Source: Macrostomum hystrix (lineage: Eukaryota > Animalia > Platyhelminthes). From it: a stretch of 64,000 bases of DNA. Below the pieces are notes generated by a model. That model had not been told where the DNA came from. It was given only the letters and a program-made list of their open reading frames with translations, and searched no databases. The DNA is taken from the NCBI GenBank assembly GCA_950097015.1, contig CATNEN010000003.1, positions 2,232,001 to 2,296,000 on the forward strand, read 5' to 3'. Below, one piece after another: positions 1-12,064 of this stretch (positions within the stretch are counted from its first letter, which is position 1; every line of letters starts with the position of its first letter). Both the position numbers and the translations under genes were made by a program.

Positions 1-2042
1 CAGTAGCCGACTGCTTGAGTCAATTTACAGTTCACTGGTAATTTTCTCCTCATTGGGATGATCAACCGATGGCTTACTCAAGCCACTTGCACTGTCATTG
101 ACTTTAACCTTTTGTTCTGATTCTATTATTGCATGGCAACTTCCCAATAAGGGATCGATCACTGATTTGACTTCGGAGACTTCGGCTGGCCTTCTTGATA
201 AACTGTCGGCATTTTGGTTTTTGGCACCGCTTCGGTGTTCTATTTTGAACGTGAATTCATTTAGGCGCTCAACCCACCGTCCGAGAATGCCTGTAGCTTC
301 AGTCTGCCTTAACAACCATATGATCGCCTTGTGATCTGTTCTAGCTAAAAATTTCTTTTCTAATAGGTAGAAACGGAAATGTTTCATAGAGTCTACTAAG
401 GCTAGGAGTTCCTTCCTTGTTATGGGATAACGCTTCTCTAATTCCTCCATAGCTCTGCTGAAATAAGCTATCGGCCTTTCCTCTCCATCTGATTGTATCT
501 GGCTTGGAACGGCGCCAATGCGATCATCGCTGGCATCAGTATCCAAAACCATTTTCACTTTCTCATCATCGATGAATTCAGGGTACGCCAATACTTCGGT
601 TTACATCATCCGACATTTCAGCGACTCGAATGCTTGATCATGCACTTGGCTCCACTTTTCTTGGAAAATCTGAATTCCTTTTTTAGTTAACTGGAAGAGT
701 GGATGGGCAGCTTCGGCGTAATTTTTATGAACCTGCTGTAATAGTTACATAACCCAAGGAAGCTCCTTAGCTCTTTCACATCCTTAGGCATCGGCCATGT
801 CTTGATCGCTTCAATCTTTTCCTCATCCGTCCGAATGCCCTCAGTGCCTATTACGTGACCTAGATACTTTAGTTCACGGTGAAACAGGTTGGACTTTTTG
901 GACGCAATTTCAGACCTGCGGTAATTAACCGTTGGAACACTTCCTTTAGGTGACAAAGGTGATCTTCGAAATTCCTCGAATAAGTGACTATGTCATTGAT
1001 GTACGACATAGCAAACTTGTGCTGAATCCCTAGGAGAACCAGATTCATGAGTCTCTGGAATGTCCCAGGTGCATTCGATAGGCCTTGCGCCATGACCTCA
1101 TATTCAAATTGCCCTCGAGTTAGGGTAGAGAAAGCGGTCATATGTTTGTGTTCCTCTTTTATGGGAACCTGCCAATAGCCTGAGTTGAGATCAAGGCTGC
1201 TAAAGTATTTACTGCCTGCCAAATAGAAAAATGTCTGGTGGATGTTAGGAAGCGGATAAGGGACGTAATTCACTCTGGCGTTTAGCACTCTAAAGTCTAA
1301 CCTCTACTGAATTGTTATTTACAATTTCAACAATGGCGGAGCCTTCGCGCATGGTTACTAAAGCGGGCACCATTTCTAGGACCCATTCATTGGCCCTAAC
1401 GCCTTCACCAATCATATGGATGGTCATTGGTGTGCCAAAATTGCATTCTGCATTCTTAGCCAATCTCACTGGAATTCGGAGTGCACTGTTTGCAGGAATT
1501 ACTGACTTCTCCTGGGTGTATGCTCGGCATACACTCACAGGTAAGTGAGTGAACTGCATTGGGATGCTAGCTCCTCCATTCCGAATCAACATGCCTTTGG
1601 CGAGACTGATACTTTCAGTGTCCTGAAAAGAATTCCATACCTAAAATGTTATCACTTTCATGGCTACACAAGAGGAATTCAACTTCTACTTTAATATCTC
1701 CAAATCTAACTGAGATACTACTTTCACCTTCTAGCTGCACTCTTGATCCATCGAAGGTTGACACTCGTTTGTCTGTTCTTTTGATTTGATCAGGACTAAT
1801 CAATTTCGACCACACTGTCTTGCTTAGAAAACTGTTTCTAGCTCCTGTATCTATGATGATGTTAATCTCCTGCTTTTTAATTTTTCCTACAACTACAGCT
1901 TCAAATCCTTCTGGTTTGAACTTAGAATTAGACACAAAAATTTTTAATTTGGCCTCACATGTCCTTGAAGACTTCTTTCCAGAGGCCGCTGCTGCTGATC
2001 TAGTAGCTGGCTCCTCGGCTAGTGGATGATCGGATTCGCTGA

Positions 2043-2203
2043 GTGCTGACACATGGTGAACTGACGCAACGGAAACTGACGCAATGGCTGCTGACGCATG
2101 GTGAACTGACGCAATGGGTGCTGAGGCATGGTGAACTGACGCAACGGAAACTGACGCAATGGGTGCTGACGCATGGTGAACTGACGCAATGGGTGCTGAC
2201 GCA
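2043..2203. repeat. Short tandem repeat (15/30-bp units, ctgacgcatggtgaactgacgcaatgggtg) inside the gag-protease junction
   Basis: Direct inspection; translates as (ASAPIASVHH)n in the protease frame. Confidence 0.9.
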
Positions 2204-2336
2204 TACCGTGCCTTGTGCAATTTCGACGAGTAGAAACTCTGAGACTTTATCGGACACCAATAGTTCTGGGAGGCCTGAGCTTCGCATTAAAACATACTGG
2301 AGGGGCGTGGCCTCGATCGACGTCCCTCGATAGTTA

Positions 2337-2343
2337 GTTTCCC
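2337..2343 (-). promoter_or_regulatory. Putative -1 ribosomal frameshift site (G GGA AAC) at the gag/pol junction
   Basis: Gag ends QGN* over GGGAAAC (X XXY YYZ heptamer), followed by GAGGG...CCCTC stem potential; the -1 frame (TRETNYRGTSIEA) is open. Confidence 0.6.
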
Positions 2344-2747
2344 TGGTATCGGTGATACGCCTGTGACTGATTTGGCCGTGGGCTATTACAATATTTTGCA
2401 ATATGGCCCACCTTGTGGCAGTTGAAACAGGTTGGCGAAGGCATCGACTGTTGCGGCATGAGCGGCTGCGGTGTTTGCTTTTGCTTCTCTGCCTTCTTCT
2501 TTTCCTCGATGAGGGTTTCAATCAGCTTTTTCTTCTGGCTGATTTCAGCCTTCTGTTTTTCAATTAGATCTTCCATCTTGCTCTGTTGCTCTTCTCTTGA
2601 TTCGTCTTTCATCACTCGCACACCATTCTTGTGTGACATGTGCCATGCGGCTTCGATCCTTCTTAACATGCGCCTAGCCTCTTGCAGGCTGGCTGGTTGG
2701 GCGAATATTACTTTCTCCCTAGTGTCTGAGGGAATCCTTACTCCCTT

Positions 2748-3671
2748 TGTTGTACCGGTCGTCCTGCTAACAATGCGGGATCCGGCGAACTCCAATATGA
2801 AGTCCAAGAATACTAGGTAGTGTAGTAGTAGCGCTGCCACCAGGGCGTCAGGACTTCTGCCTTCGGTGAGGTGAAGGATCCTTGGCCCGAAAGAGATAAA
2901 GTCACGAAGTCTTGAGAAGCGCACACCGTGCAGATTTTCAGTCGCAGTCAAAGGCTGTCAGTGTCCTGCGTAGCTCGGGTGGTTGGGGGAAGGCTAAGTT
3001 AGTTTCGGGACTTAGCCAGAACTGAGCTTGCGAGCAGTCACACGCAGAGACTGAAGTGGGAAACTTAGACACTCGATGGCACTGACAAGAGAGACTGAAA
3101 TAAGTCAGAGAAAACGTTAATGACAGGAAGCGGAAAGGTTGAGGGCCAGAAGAGCGGGGAGCTTTCTTTTATAGGCAGGGGCCTCCCATAGGGTCAGTGC
3201 AGAGTTAGAAAACACGTGATGGAATCACGTGGTTTCTAAAAATAGCAACTGACGTCAGTGGCGCCAGAAACGTCACTCCTACGTAGGTTCCTGTCCCATA
3301 ATCAAAGCCCCAAGTGCAGTAAACATGTTTACTTGCACTTTAAAAGACAAAGAGAGAGGCCAGTCACATGAGGAGAATCACGTGCTGACTGAGTGCAGAC
3401 AACCACACACAAAGAAAAAGGACAAGGGACAACAAAGCCAGCGCGGGACAAAGAGGTGATGACTCATCCCTGGGGGGAAGAGAGAGCACACTCAAAGTAC
3501 AGGCGCGGCCGGGGAAGGGAGGGGCAGAGAGGGACAGACCAGACAACGCCAGAGAGGGCGGGCCGGGCAGCCACTCAATGCAAGTAAAAGGGGACACCTA
3601 AGCTACCTTGCAGGTGGGGCTACTGACAGCTAGTGAGACACCAATAGGCCCCTAAGCAGTGGCTCACTACA
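2748..3671. mobile_element. Solo LTR (924 bp) inserted in gag
   Basis: Termini TGTTGT...ACTACA; 4-bp TSD CCTT at 2744-2747 and 3672-3675; excision restores the gag frame. Confidence 0.88.
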
Positions 3672-4165
3672 CCTTAATGAATTGTTCCACCACTTCCTCT
3701 TCGCGTTGCTCCGCATTCATATTTGGGAAAGCCCTTGCTGTTAACTCAATTAATGCAGCAGCAAAAGAGTCCGTTCATTCCGGACCTGAAATCGGCCCCG
3801 AAATTCCTCTCTAAATTCTGCTGAGCTGCCAAGTCGTCCGAACCTTTCTATTAATCTGTCCTTGAATTCCTCATAGGTTAGATCTGGTAAATTAAGGCGC
3901 TGTACTGCTGCAAACGCCGTGGCTAAATCTAAGTTGGCATTCTTTCGATGTTCATCCTGTTCAATACCTTCAGTGTCGTATCTTTGGTCAAATGCTGTGA
4001 GCCAAATACGAATGTCTTGGCTCGGGGTATACTTTTGGATCTTTACATGCCTCATTGGGCCCAGCTCCAATCTATTCCTTAGTTCCTCGGCTAATAGCCC
4101 AATCGCATCATTAATGCCTGCTGCAATATCTGTTTGTGCGCTTTGACTGGATTTCAATCCTTTTA

Positions 4166-4177
4166 CCGCTGCCACCA
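4166..4177 (-). promoter_or_regulatory. Primer-binding site (TGGTGGCAGCGG, tRNA-Leu type)
   Basis: Minus strand reads ...CA-act-TGGTGGCAGCGGT directly upstream of gag. Confidence 0.75.
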
Positions 4178-7054
4178 AGTTGGGGGAGGCCTCTTTCTTT
4201 AATTTAAAATCTCTTTCTCAAATATATATGTATATGTATATGTATTGTATTCACCTACGCCAAATCAATATGATTTAAATGCACTGGTGCGAATTGCCTG
4301 AAAACAAATCTCTAGGTAGCGTATATTGACTGCGTCCGAGCGGCAAGACACTCCAATTATTATCCTCTAACCATTGGCAATCTGTTCAGTCCTTTAAGGC
4401 TCCCAATGGATAGAAATTTCCCAGTCTCCACGCACGTATAACACTCACTCTGGAATTTCCTTTCTTAATTTGGATTTTATCCCCTGTTTCAATCTGGTTA
4501 TTAAAAGTAGTATAGAAAAATATGAGACAAACGCGTTTTCCTTATGGTGAAATACATAGGCAGTACCGCATAGGAAAATGCCTATACATTTGGCTCAAAA
4601 CGCACCAAAAATTTTCTAAGTCTTAGCTCGCACGAGGAATTTTCTAAGTCAAACTCTATCTCTCTCTTCTCTCTCTCTGTCCTTGGCATGTTGTTTAAAA
4701 AAACCCAAGTCTAAACTAACTGCTCATTAAGTGTGCAGGTCATTCAAAGGCGCAGCAACTTTCTGAAACGGGCAAGTTGAATCAGTATCATTGCAAGTTG
4801 CCACTATCGAGAGTTAATGCACGTCGAATTATTATGATTGTTACACTAACTCGCCAAATCATTCAGTCACAAAATTTTGTTACTTTCTTATTGATCAGAT
4901 TCAGCACGAAGCTTTTCATTTTAACAGCAATTAGTCTTTAATTTCGCACATGCTAAAATATCACACATCTCTTCAAAACGTGCCCGCCATTTACTGATAG
5001 TATATATATATTTCAAGGATTATAAGACAAACTACAACTTTCAAGACAGAATCAGAAACTAATCTAATAAATCTACTCATTAGCAATGAATTCCATCAAC
5101 ATTCCTATTGTCGGGATAATGCGAAGCCAGCAGTCCATAATTCATCAGACAGAGATGACTAACCGCAAATGGATTCAACTTGTGAAGCTCCTAACTGAGC
5201 TAGAAAACTTTATTGATGAGAGCTGGCCTGAGGACACGGTATCTGCAACGAGAAAACGTGGCTACTGGCTCAAGTGCGTTACACGCAGTGCGGCTCGCCA
5301 AGTCAGATCATGGGCGTCAACACGACTAGCCTGGTGGCGTAGCCGACTGGAATTTCAAGTCGAAGCCTGGCAGAGTATTCAGCCACAGCATAATTAAGAA
5401 ATGACAAAAAGCAACATTTTTTGTTAATTTTGTATTAACTCGATAACTGATTTTTATCAAAAGTTTGTAAATATATTTCTGCTTTACCTCAATACAAAAA
5501 GTTTTCTTTCTACTCAAGTCATACTTGCACTAACAAAATATATTTTCGCTTTAGTCTGTTACAAAATAAAACATTTTTAAGTATGCAAAATCAATGATAA
5601 GCTATACTTTTAATCAAATGCTAGGCCTAAAGAAAGAATAAGAAGCTAAACCTAAGATAAAATTGTAGCACATTATCAGTACTCTCAAGACAGACCTACC
5701 TAAAAAGTTATCATTTGATAAGCTACTGTATTTCAACAGATCAGACGAATGTTAATGAAACTTAAACTTTTTACATTGTATACACTAAATGAAAAAATAA
5801 ATGACGCTTAAACAAAATGCTGAGATATAGAAATAATATGAAACTAAGTAAAATCTACTACTTATATTACACATCAATAATTCATTGAAAATCAATGTGA
5901 TACCTATTAATAAAAATAACTAGCGCTTTATTTAAATGCAAATGTATACACACACACACACACACTCACATACATCAGTTAAAGTAATGATCAGAATGAT
6001 CTTATAGACACTATAAAAAAATATTTTTACACTCGACAAAATTCCTCAAAGTCTAGACAAGGGTTGCATCAGACTCTTCAGTGGTGCTCATTATTAGGAT
6101 GGGTTTTGGCGTTGACATAGCTACTTGAAGTGGCGTCATTGAAATTGAATGTGCCTGCTCATTGTTTACCTCTAGAGTCGAACAGTTGGTTCTAAAAGTG
6201 AAATATGTGGTATTATTTAATCTAAGGAGTTTATTAGTCGATTTGTACAGAAGAAGTATTTATTTAATCAATACTTACATAGCTCCAGCTTGACCTTCTT
6301 CTGAAATACAGGTTGAAGCATTACATCTAACACGACGAATCATGATTACAATTGAACCTAAAGTTAGTAAACTTATAGCTATCATCAAAAAGATAATTGC
6401 AAGCTTGATAGAGTCAAGCGATCCTCCACTATACTAAAAATGAAATGGTTGGTTGGTTGCTTGCTTGAAATTGATTTACTCCCGAACGGCTCAACCGATT
6501 TCCACCATTTCTTCACCAAAAGATGCCAAATATGGGGACAATTATACATGTATTTTTATTAAGCTTAATTCCATTGCCAAGGGGATTAAATATTCGAAAA
6601 ACATGATTTTTTCAAAGGTCAAACCATCTTGGCCTATTTAGAATTTCACTCACTGCCACTGAATTGAAATTGCATCGTCAAATTGCGCAACAACACCTAG
6701 CTGATTGAATTTAAAGCCTGCACTCTGGAGACAAATTAGAAATAAATGTACACAACCAACCGCGAGACTGAGTGTACTCTATTTTCTTACTTCATTGTAC
6801 AAAGCCAGAACTTTGAGAATTCATTTTATAAGGCTGATTTCTGCACCCACTAACCAACAGTCGGAATAGCCGATGTGTAGGCACTAGGAATAGGTTAGGC
6901 TAGGCTAGGCGAAGTGTCCCTGGTTCGACTATGCACTGGGTCAAATCATTTAAACGAATTGTCAGTCAGTAGTGATGGATGCGAAGCGATAAATTTTTAT
7001 TTAATTTTGAAAAAAGGGGGAACTTTTAATTCACTTTTGCATAGCAAAACCACT

Positions 7055-8245
7055 GTCTGAATTATGGCTAAACCAGCGTCTGAATCATGGCTAAACCAGA
7101 GTCTGAATCATGGCTAAACCAGAGTCTGAATCATGGCTAAACAAGCGTCTGAATCATGGCTAAACCAGAGTCTGAATCGTGGCTAAACCAGAGTTTGAAT
7201 CATGGCTAAACCAGAATTCGAATCATGGCTAAACCAGCGTCTGAATCATGGCTAAACCAGCGTCTGAATCATGGCTAAACCAGCGTCTGAATCATGGCTA
7301 AAACAGAGTTTGAATCATGGCTAAACCAGCGTCTGAATCATGGCTAAACCAGTGTCTGAATCATGGCTAAACCAGCGTCTGAATCATGGCTAAAACAGAG
7401 TTTGAATCATGGCAAAACCAGAGTTTTAATCATGGCTAAACCAGAGTTTGAATCATGGCTAAACCAGCGTCTGAATCATGGCTAAACCAGCGTCTGAATC
7501 ATGGCTAAAACAGAGTTTGAATCATGGCTAAACCAGCGTCTGAATCATGGCTAAACCAGCGTCTGAATCATGGCTAAACCAGCGTCTGAATCATGGCTAA
7601 AACAGAGTTTGAATCATGGCAAAACCAGAGTTTTAATCATGGCTAAACCAGAGTTTGAATCATGGCTAAACCAGCGTCTGAATCATGGCTAAACCAGAGT
7701 TTGAATCATGGCTAAACCAGAGTTTGAATCATGGCTAAACCAGAGTTTGAATCATGGCTAAACAAGAGTTTGAATCATGGCTAAACCAGAGTTTGAATCA
7801 TGGCTAAACCAGAGTTTGAATCATGGCTAAACCAGAATTTCAATCCTGGCCAACCAGAGTTTGAATCATGGCTAAACCAGAGTTTGAATCATGGCTAAAC
7901 CAGAGTTTGAATCATGGCTAAACCAGAATTTCAATCCTGGCCAACCAGAGTTTGAATCATGGCTAAACCAGAGTTTGAATCATGGCAAAACCAGAGTTTT
8001 AATCATGGCTAAACCAGAGTTTGAATCATGGCTAAACCAGAGTTTGAATCATGGCTAAACCAGAATTTCAATCCTGGCCAACCAGAGTTTGAATCATGGC
8101 TAAACCAGAGTTTGAATCATGGCAAAACCAGTGTTTGAATCATGGCTAAACCAGAGTTTGAATCATGGCTAAACCAGAGTTTGAATCATGGCTAAACCAG
8201 TGTTTGTATCATGGCTAAACCAGAGTTTGAATCATGGCTAAACCT
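7055..8245. repeat. 23-bp minisatellite (tgaatcatggctaaaccagagtt), about 50 copies
   Basis: Direct inspection, period 23. Confidence 0.97.
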
Positions 8246-8304
8246 GAGCTACGCTGGTATGTTGTTCTTATCAATTTTCTACAAAAGCAGCTAATATAAA
8301 AATT

Positions 8305-10005
8305 CAACTGGTGAACATTGTCAGCTGGGGAGTCATCATCAAATAGGGGATCATGGTAAACTGGGGGATTATTGTCAACTGGAGGATCATTGTCAACTGG
8401 AGGATCATTGTCAACTGGGGGATAATTGTCAACTGGGGAATCATGGTAAACTGGGGGATCATTGTCAACTGGAGGTTCATTATCATCTGGGGGATCACTG
8501 TAAACTGGGGGATCATTGTCAACTGTGGGATCATTGTCAACTGGGGGATCATTGTAAACTGGGGAATTATTGTCAACTGGGTGATCATCATCAACTGGGG
8601 GATCATTGTCAACTGGGGGAACTTTGTCAACTGGGGATCTTCATCAATGGGGAGTCATCATCAATTGGGGGATCATTGTCAACTGGGGGAACATTGTCAA
8701 CTGGGGATCTTCATCAATGGGGAGTCATCATCAACTGGGGGATCATTGTCAACTGGGTGATCATCATCAATTGGGGGATCATTGTCAACTGGGGAATCGT
8801 TGTCGACTGGTGGATCATTGTCAACTGGGGGATCATCATCAACTGGGGGATCATTGTCAACTGGGGATCATCATCAACTGGGGGATTATTGTCAACTGGG
8901 GAACATTGTCAACTGGGGGATCATTGTCAACTGGGGAATCATTGTCGACTGGGGGATCATTGTCAACTGGGGGATCATTATCAACTAGGGGAATCATTGT
9001 CAACTGGGGGATCATTGTCAACTGGGGATCATTGTCAACTGTGGGATCATTGTCAACTGGGGGATCATTGTCAACTGGGTGATCATCATCAACTGGGGGA
9101 TCATCATCAACTGGGGGATCATTGTCAACTGGGGAACATTGTCAACTGGGGGATCATTGTCAACTGTGGGATCATTGTCAACTGGGGGATCATTGTCAAC
9201 TGGGGGATCATTGTCAACTGGGGGATCATTGTCAACTGGGGGATCATTGTCAACTGGGGGATCATTGTAAACTGAAGAATTATTGTCAACTGGGTGATCA
9301 TCATCAACTGGGGGATCATTGTCAACTCGGGGAACATTGTCAACTGGAGATCTTCATCAATGGGGAGTCATCATCAACTGGGGGATCATTGTCAACTGGG
9401 TGATTATCATCAATTGGGGGATCATTGTCAACTGGGGAATCATTGTCGACTGGTGGATCATTGTCAACTGGGGGATCATTGTCAACTGGGGAATCATTGT
9501 CGACTGGGGGATCATTGTCAACTGGGGGATCATTATCAACTAGGGGAATCATTGTCAACTGGGGAATCATCATCAAATAGGGGATCATGTTAAACTGGGG
9601 GATCATTGTCAACTGGGGGATCATTGTCAACTGGGTGATCATTGTCGACTGGGGGATCATTGTCAACTGGGGAATCATTATCAACTAGGGGAATCATTGT
9701 CAACTGGGGGATCATTGTCAACTGGGGGATCATTGTCAACTGGGGGATCATCATCAACTGGGGGATCATTGTAAACTGGGGAATTATTGTCAACTGGGTG
9801 ATCATCATCAACTGGGGGATCATTGTCAACTGGGGGAACATTGTCAACTGGGGGATCATTGTTAACCGTGGGATCATTGTCAACTGGGGGATCATTGTCA
9901 ACTGGGGGATCATTGTCAACTGGGGGATCATTGTCAACTGGGGGATCATCATCAACTGGGAGATCATCATCAACGGGGGGATCATTGTCAACTGGGGGTT
10001 CATTG
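8305..10005. repeat. 18-bp minisatellite (attgtcaactgggggatc), about 95 copies
   Basis: Direct inspection; source of the spurious IIVNWG ORFs. Confidence 0.97.
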
Positions 10006-11752
10006 TAGCTTTAAACAGCTGTAAATTCAGCTGCTAAAAAGTATATACTAGACGAATTAAAAGTATTTCTGCTCCGCGAAGGGGGGCAAAACTTGCTAGT
10101 TGCTCCACTAAAACTAAAGCTTGCTCCACTAAAGTAAGCTTTGTGCTTGAGATGACATTTTGCTAAATTATCTAAAATTATACCGAAACAACGCTCGTAA
10201 TATCTTAAGCTAGCTATATATGTCTAAAGCCTATCTGTTTACTATAAACGTACCGACCGAAAACTGAAATCGAAAAAACTCGTATAATTAAAAATTATGT
10301 TTTCGACTAGTATATCAAACATTTATCGTCAACAACAATATGTTTAATCAGTATGCTTTAGTTCATTTAAAAAATTATTTTGTAGCCGCAACGATTTAAA
10401 TTTTATTTTTTCGAATTATCTTACTACGAAAGTATTTATTGGTTATATCAGCGCAACGCTCGCCCGCGACGCACACGAAAAAGACGCGAATATGACTTTA
10501 AAATATAAAGGGATTAACATACATTATAACAAAGATTATAACTAGATAAATACATTACTTAAATAAACCAGCGCACTATTTTGAGGGAAAGGGACAATAA
10601 TGTTACATTACCTCCTCTTCCGAAAAAACAATGTCCTCATTGTTACAGTAGAGTAAAGATTAGAAGCATACTACTATGAGTAGAAAGTTGGTACAGGTAA
10701 ACGGTAGAAAGGTAGAAAAAACTGGTATAAAGGAAATGTAGATGGTTTGCAGTTATTAATTTTTTTCTTTTTTTACTTGAATTAACACAAATATTGGAAG
10801 GGTGCTGACGTGCCGAGAGTACCACGAGAGAAAAAAATCAGGGGACTCAAGGTTGTCATGAAGCACACAAAACAAAACGTACTTTCAACTTGAGTACCTA
10901 AGAATATTACATTATCCCCTCCTTAGAAGAAATACAATGTCCTCATTGTTGGAAAATACTATAAAAAAAGACTACAGTAACACATACTAATAAAAAAGTA
11001 CAAGAAAAAAGAGATCTAGGAGAGGTACTCACAGACATTGCAAATCCCAACTTCTGCCAAATACATGTGTAATAGGTCTATTTTTCTGCATTATAGCTGG
11101 TGATGGTTTTCTTTTTATTTTCTCGCGCTACAAAATTTTATTACATATTTTATATACATATAGTATATTACATATTATAAATATTTTATATACTTTATAT
11201 AGTTTAGTAAATATGCGTTATTAAAACAAAGTTGATAAATGCTATATAAGCATGAAGTTTGTCGTGGTGATAATACAACCCGCCAGTGAGCCAGAAAAGG
11301 CAATATCTGAGTAAAAGGATCTATTTGAATAAAGCAAACGTGTTGTGTTAGTTATTGAGGAAACACATTTAGTGCGAAACCGAGGATTGAGGCTGTGACT
11401 CTCTGATCCTGGAGAAACGCCCAGCAGAGACTGGAGAATAAGAGACCAGTGCCTTAGAGGGATAAACCGCTCGTGCCAGTGCAGAAGCGCTACCTAGGAG
11501 AATCGCACAACGTAAGAGTTGTGGTGTTAAAACGGCCCTTTTCAGGGCCACCGAGTTAAAGACATACGGAGAACGTGAACAGTAGAGAAGGAGATAAAAG
11601 AATAGAAGAGGCCAAAAGATACGCTACCAAGAAAGAGAAAAAAGTAGAGTGAGAAGCCCTGTTACAACTTTGGTGGCAGCGGAAAGGATTAGAGAAACAG
11701 CCTCAATCGAGAATAGAGTAGATTATCAAGAAGAACGAAGAGTTCATAGAAA

Positions 11753-12064
11753 ATGTCGATTATTATGCTGATAATAGCGGTGCTGATGAATCAGCAGCCA
11801 GGTATCCCTCCACTATTTGGAAGTGGTGGAACACAGTCAATGTTCGGTAATCCGATAATGTCTGGAAGCCAGGAAGAAAAGAAAAAGCCTATGGGAAAAG
11901 GCATGATTTCGATGCAGAATAAGCAAGATATGGAGTACATCACAGAGAGGAATGTACATAAGTTTAGCGGATGCTTCTTCTGTACTAAACCAGGACCTGT
12001 GAGGCCAGATGGACATCAATGTCGAATCACCTTAAACTTCCTGAAGCCGAACATGCCGAAGTAA
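11753..12064 (+). CDS. Short ORF after the PBS, possible gag remnant
   Basis: ATG about 80 bp after the PBS; CFFCTKPG...HQC knuckle-like motif. Confidence 0.35.
   Translation: MSIIMLIIAVLMNQQPGIPPLFGSGGTQSMFGNPIMSGSQEEKKKPMGKGMISMQNKQDMEYITERNVHKFSGCFFCTKPGPVRPDGHQCRITLNFLKPNMPK

Larger units (their letters stand above)
25..2343 (-). pseudogene. pol: Disrupted gypsy pol (protease, RT, RNase H)
   Basis: ORF pieces 1615-2220, 1290-1592, 869-1288, 687-956 and 25-591 carry the PR, RT and RH motifs in different frames; the catalytic YxDD reads YIND. Confidence 0.9.
2334..4178 (-). pseudogene. gag: Gypsy gag interrupted by a solo LTR
   Basis: Removing 2748-3671 plus one TSD copy restores ...EEEVVEQFIK-GVRIPSDTREK... 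in frame; coiled coil and CCHC knuckle downstream; a further disruption near 3750. Confidence 0.85.
1..4182 (-). mobile_element. Decayed Ty3/gypsy LTR retrotransposon (gag-PR-RT-RH; integrase end runs off the window)
   Basis: Minus-strand order PBS, gag (CFNCHKVGHIAKYC knuckle), protease (IIDTGA), RT (LDLNSGYWQV; YIND in place of YxDD), RNase H (LDTDASD, RKELLALV, RTDHKA). Multiple frameshifts and stops. Confidence 0.93.
6422..10099 (+). mobile_element. Putative non-autonomous Helitron carrying two internal satellites
   Basis: A|TC 5' end followed by ATACTAA, a (TGGT/TTGC) microsatellite and AACGGCTCAACCGATTT, as in Lep1/HINE-like elements; 3' imperfect cGAAg hairpin (10070-10088) then CTAG|T; no TSD. 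Confidence 0.55.

Noticed and set aside
2954-3630. 9-bp inverted repeat GCTGTCAGT / ACTGACAGC inside the solo LTR
   Set aside because: No TSD; too short to call a nested element.
5086-5397. 103-aa ATG ORF
   Set aside because: No recognisable domain or supporting gene structure.
7055-10005. CRISPR-like appearance of short regular repeats (also the other arrays)
   Set aside because: Units are head-to-tail with no unique spacers, there are no cas genes, and the context is eukaryotic.
8304-10037. Many ORFs (IIVNWG, STGGSL, LTMIPQ repeats)
   Set aside because: Open in several frames on both strands because the 18-bp unit lacks stops; satellite artefact.
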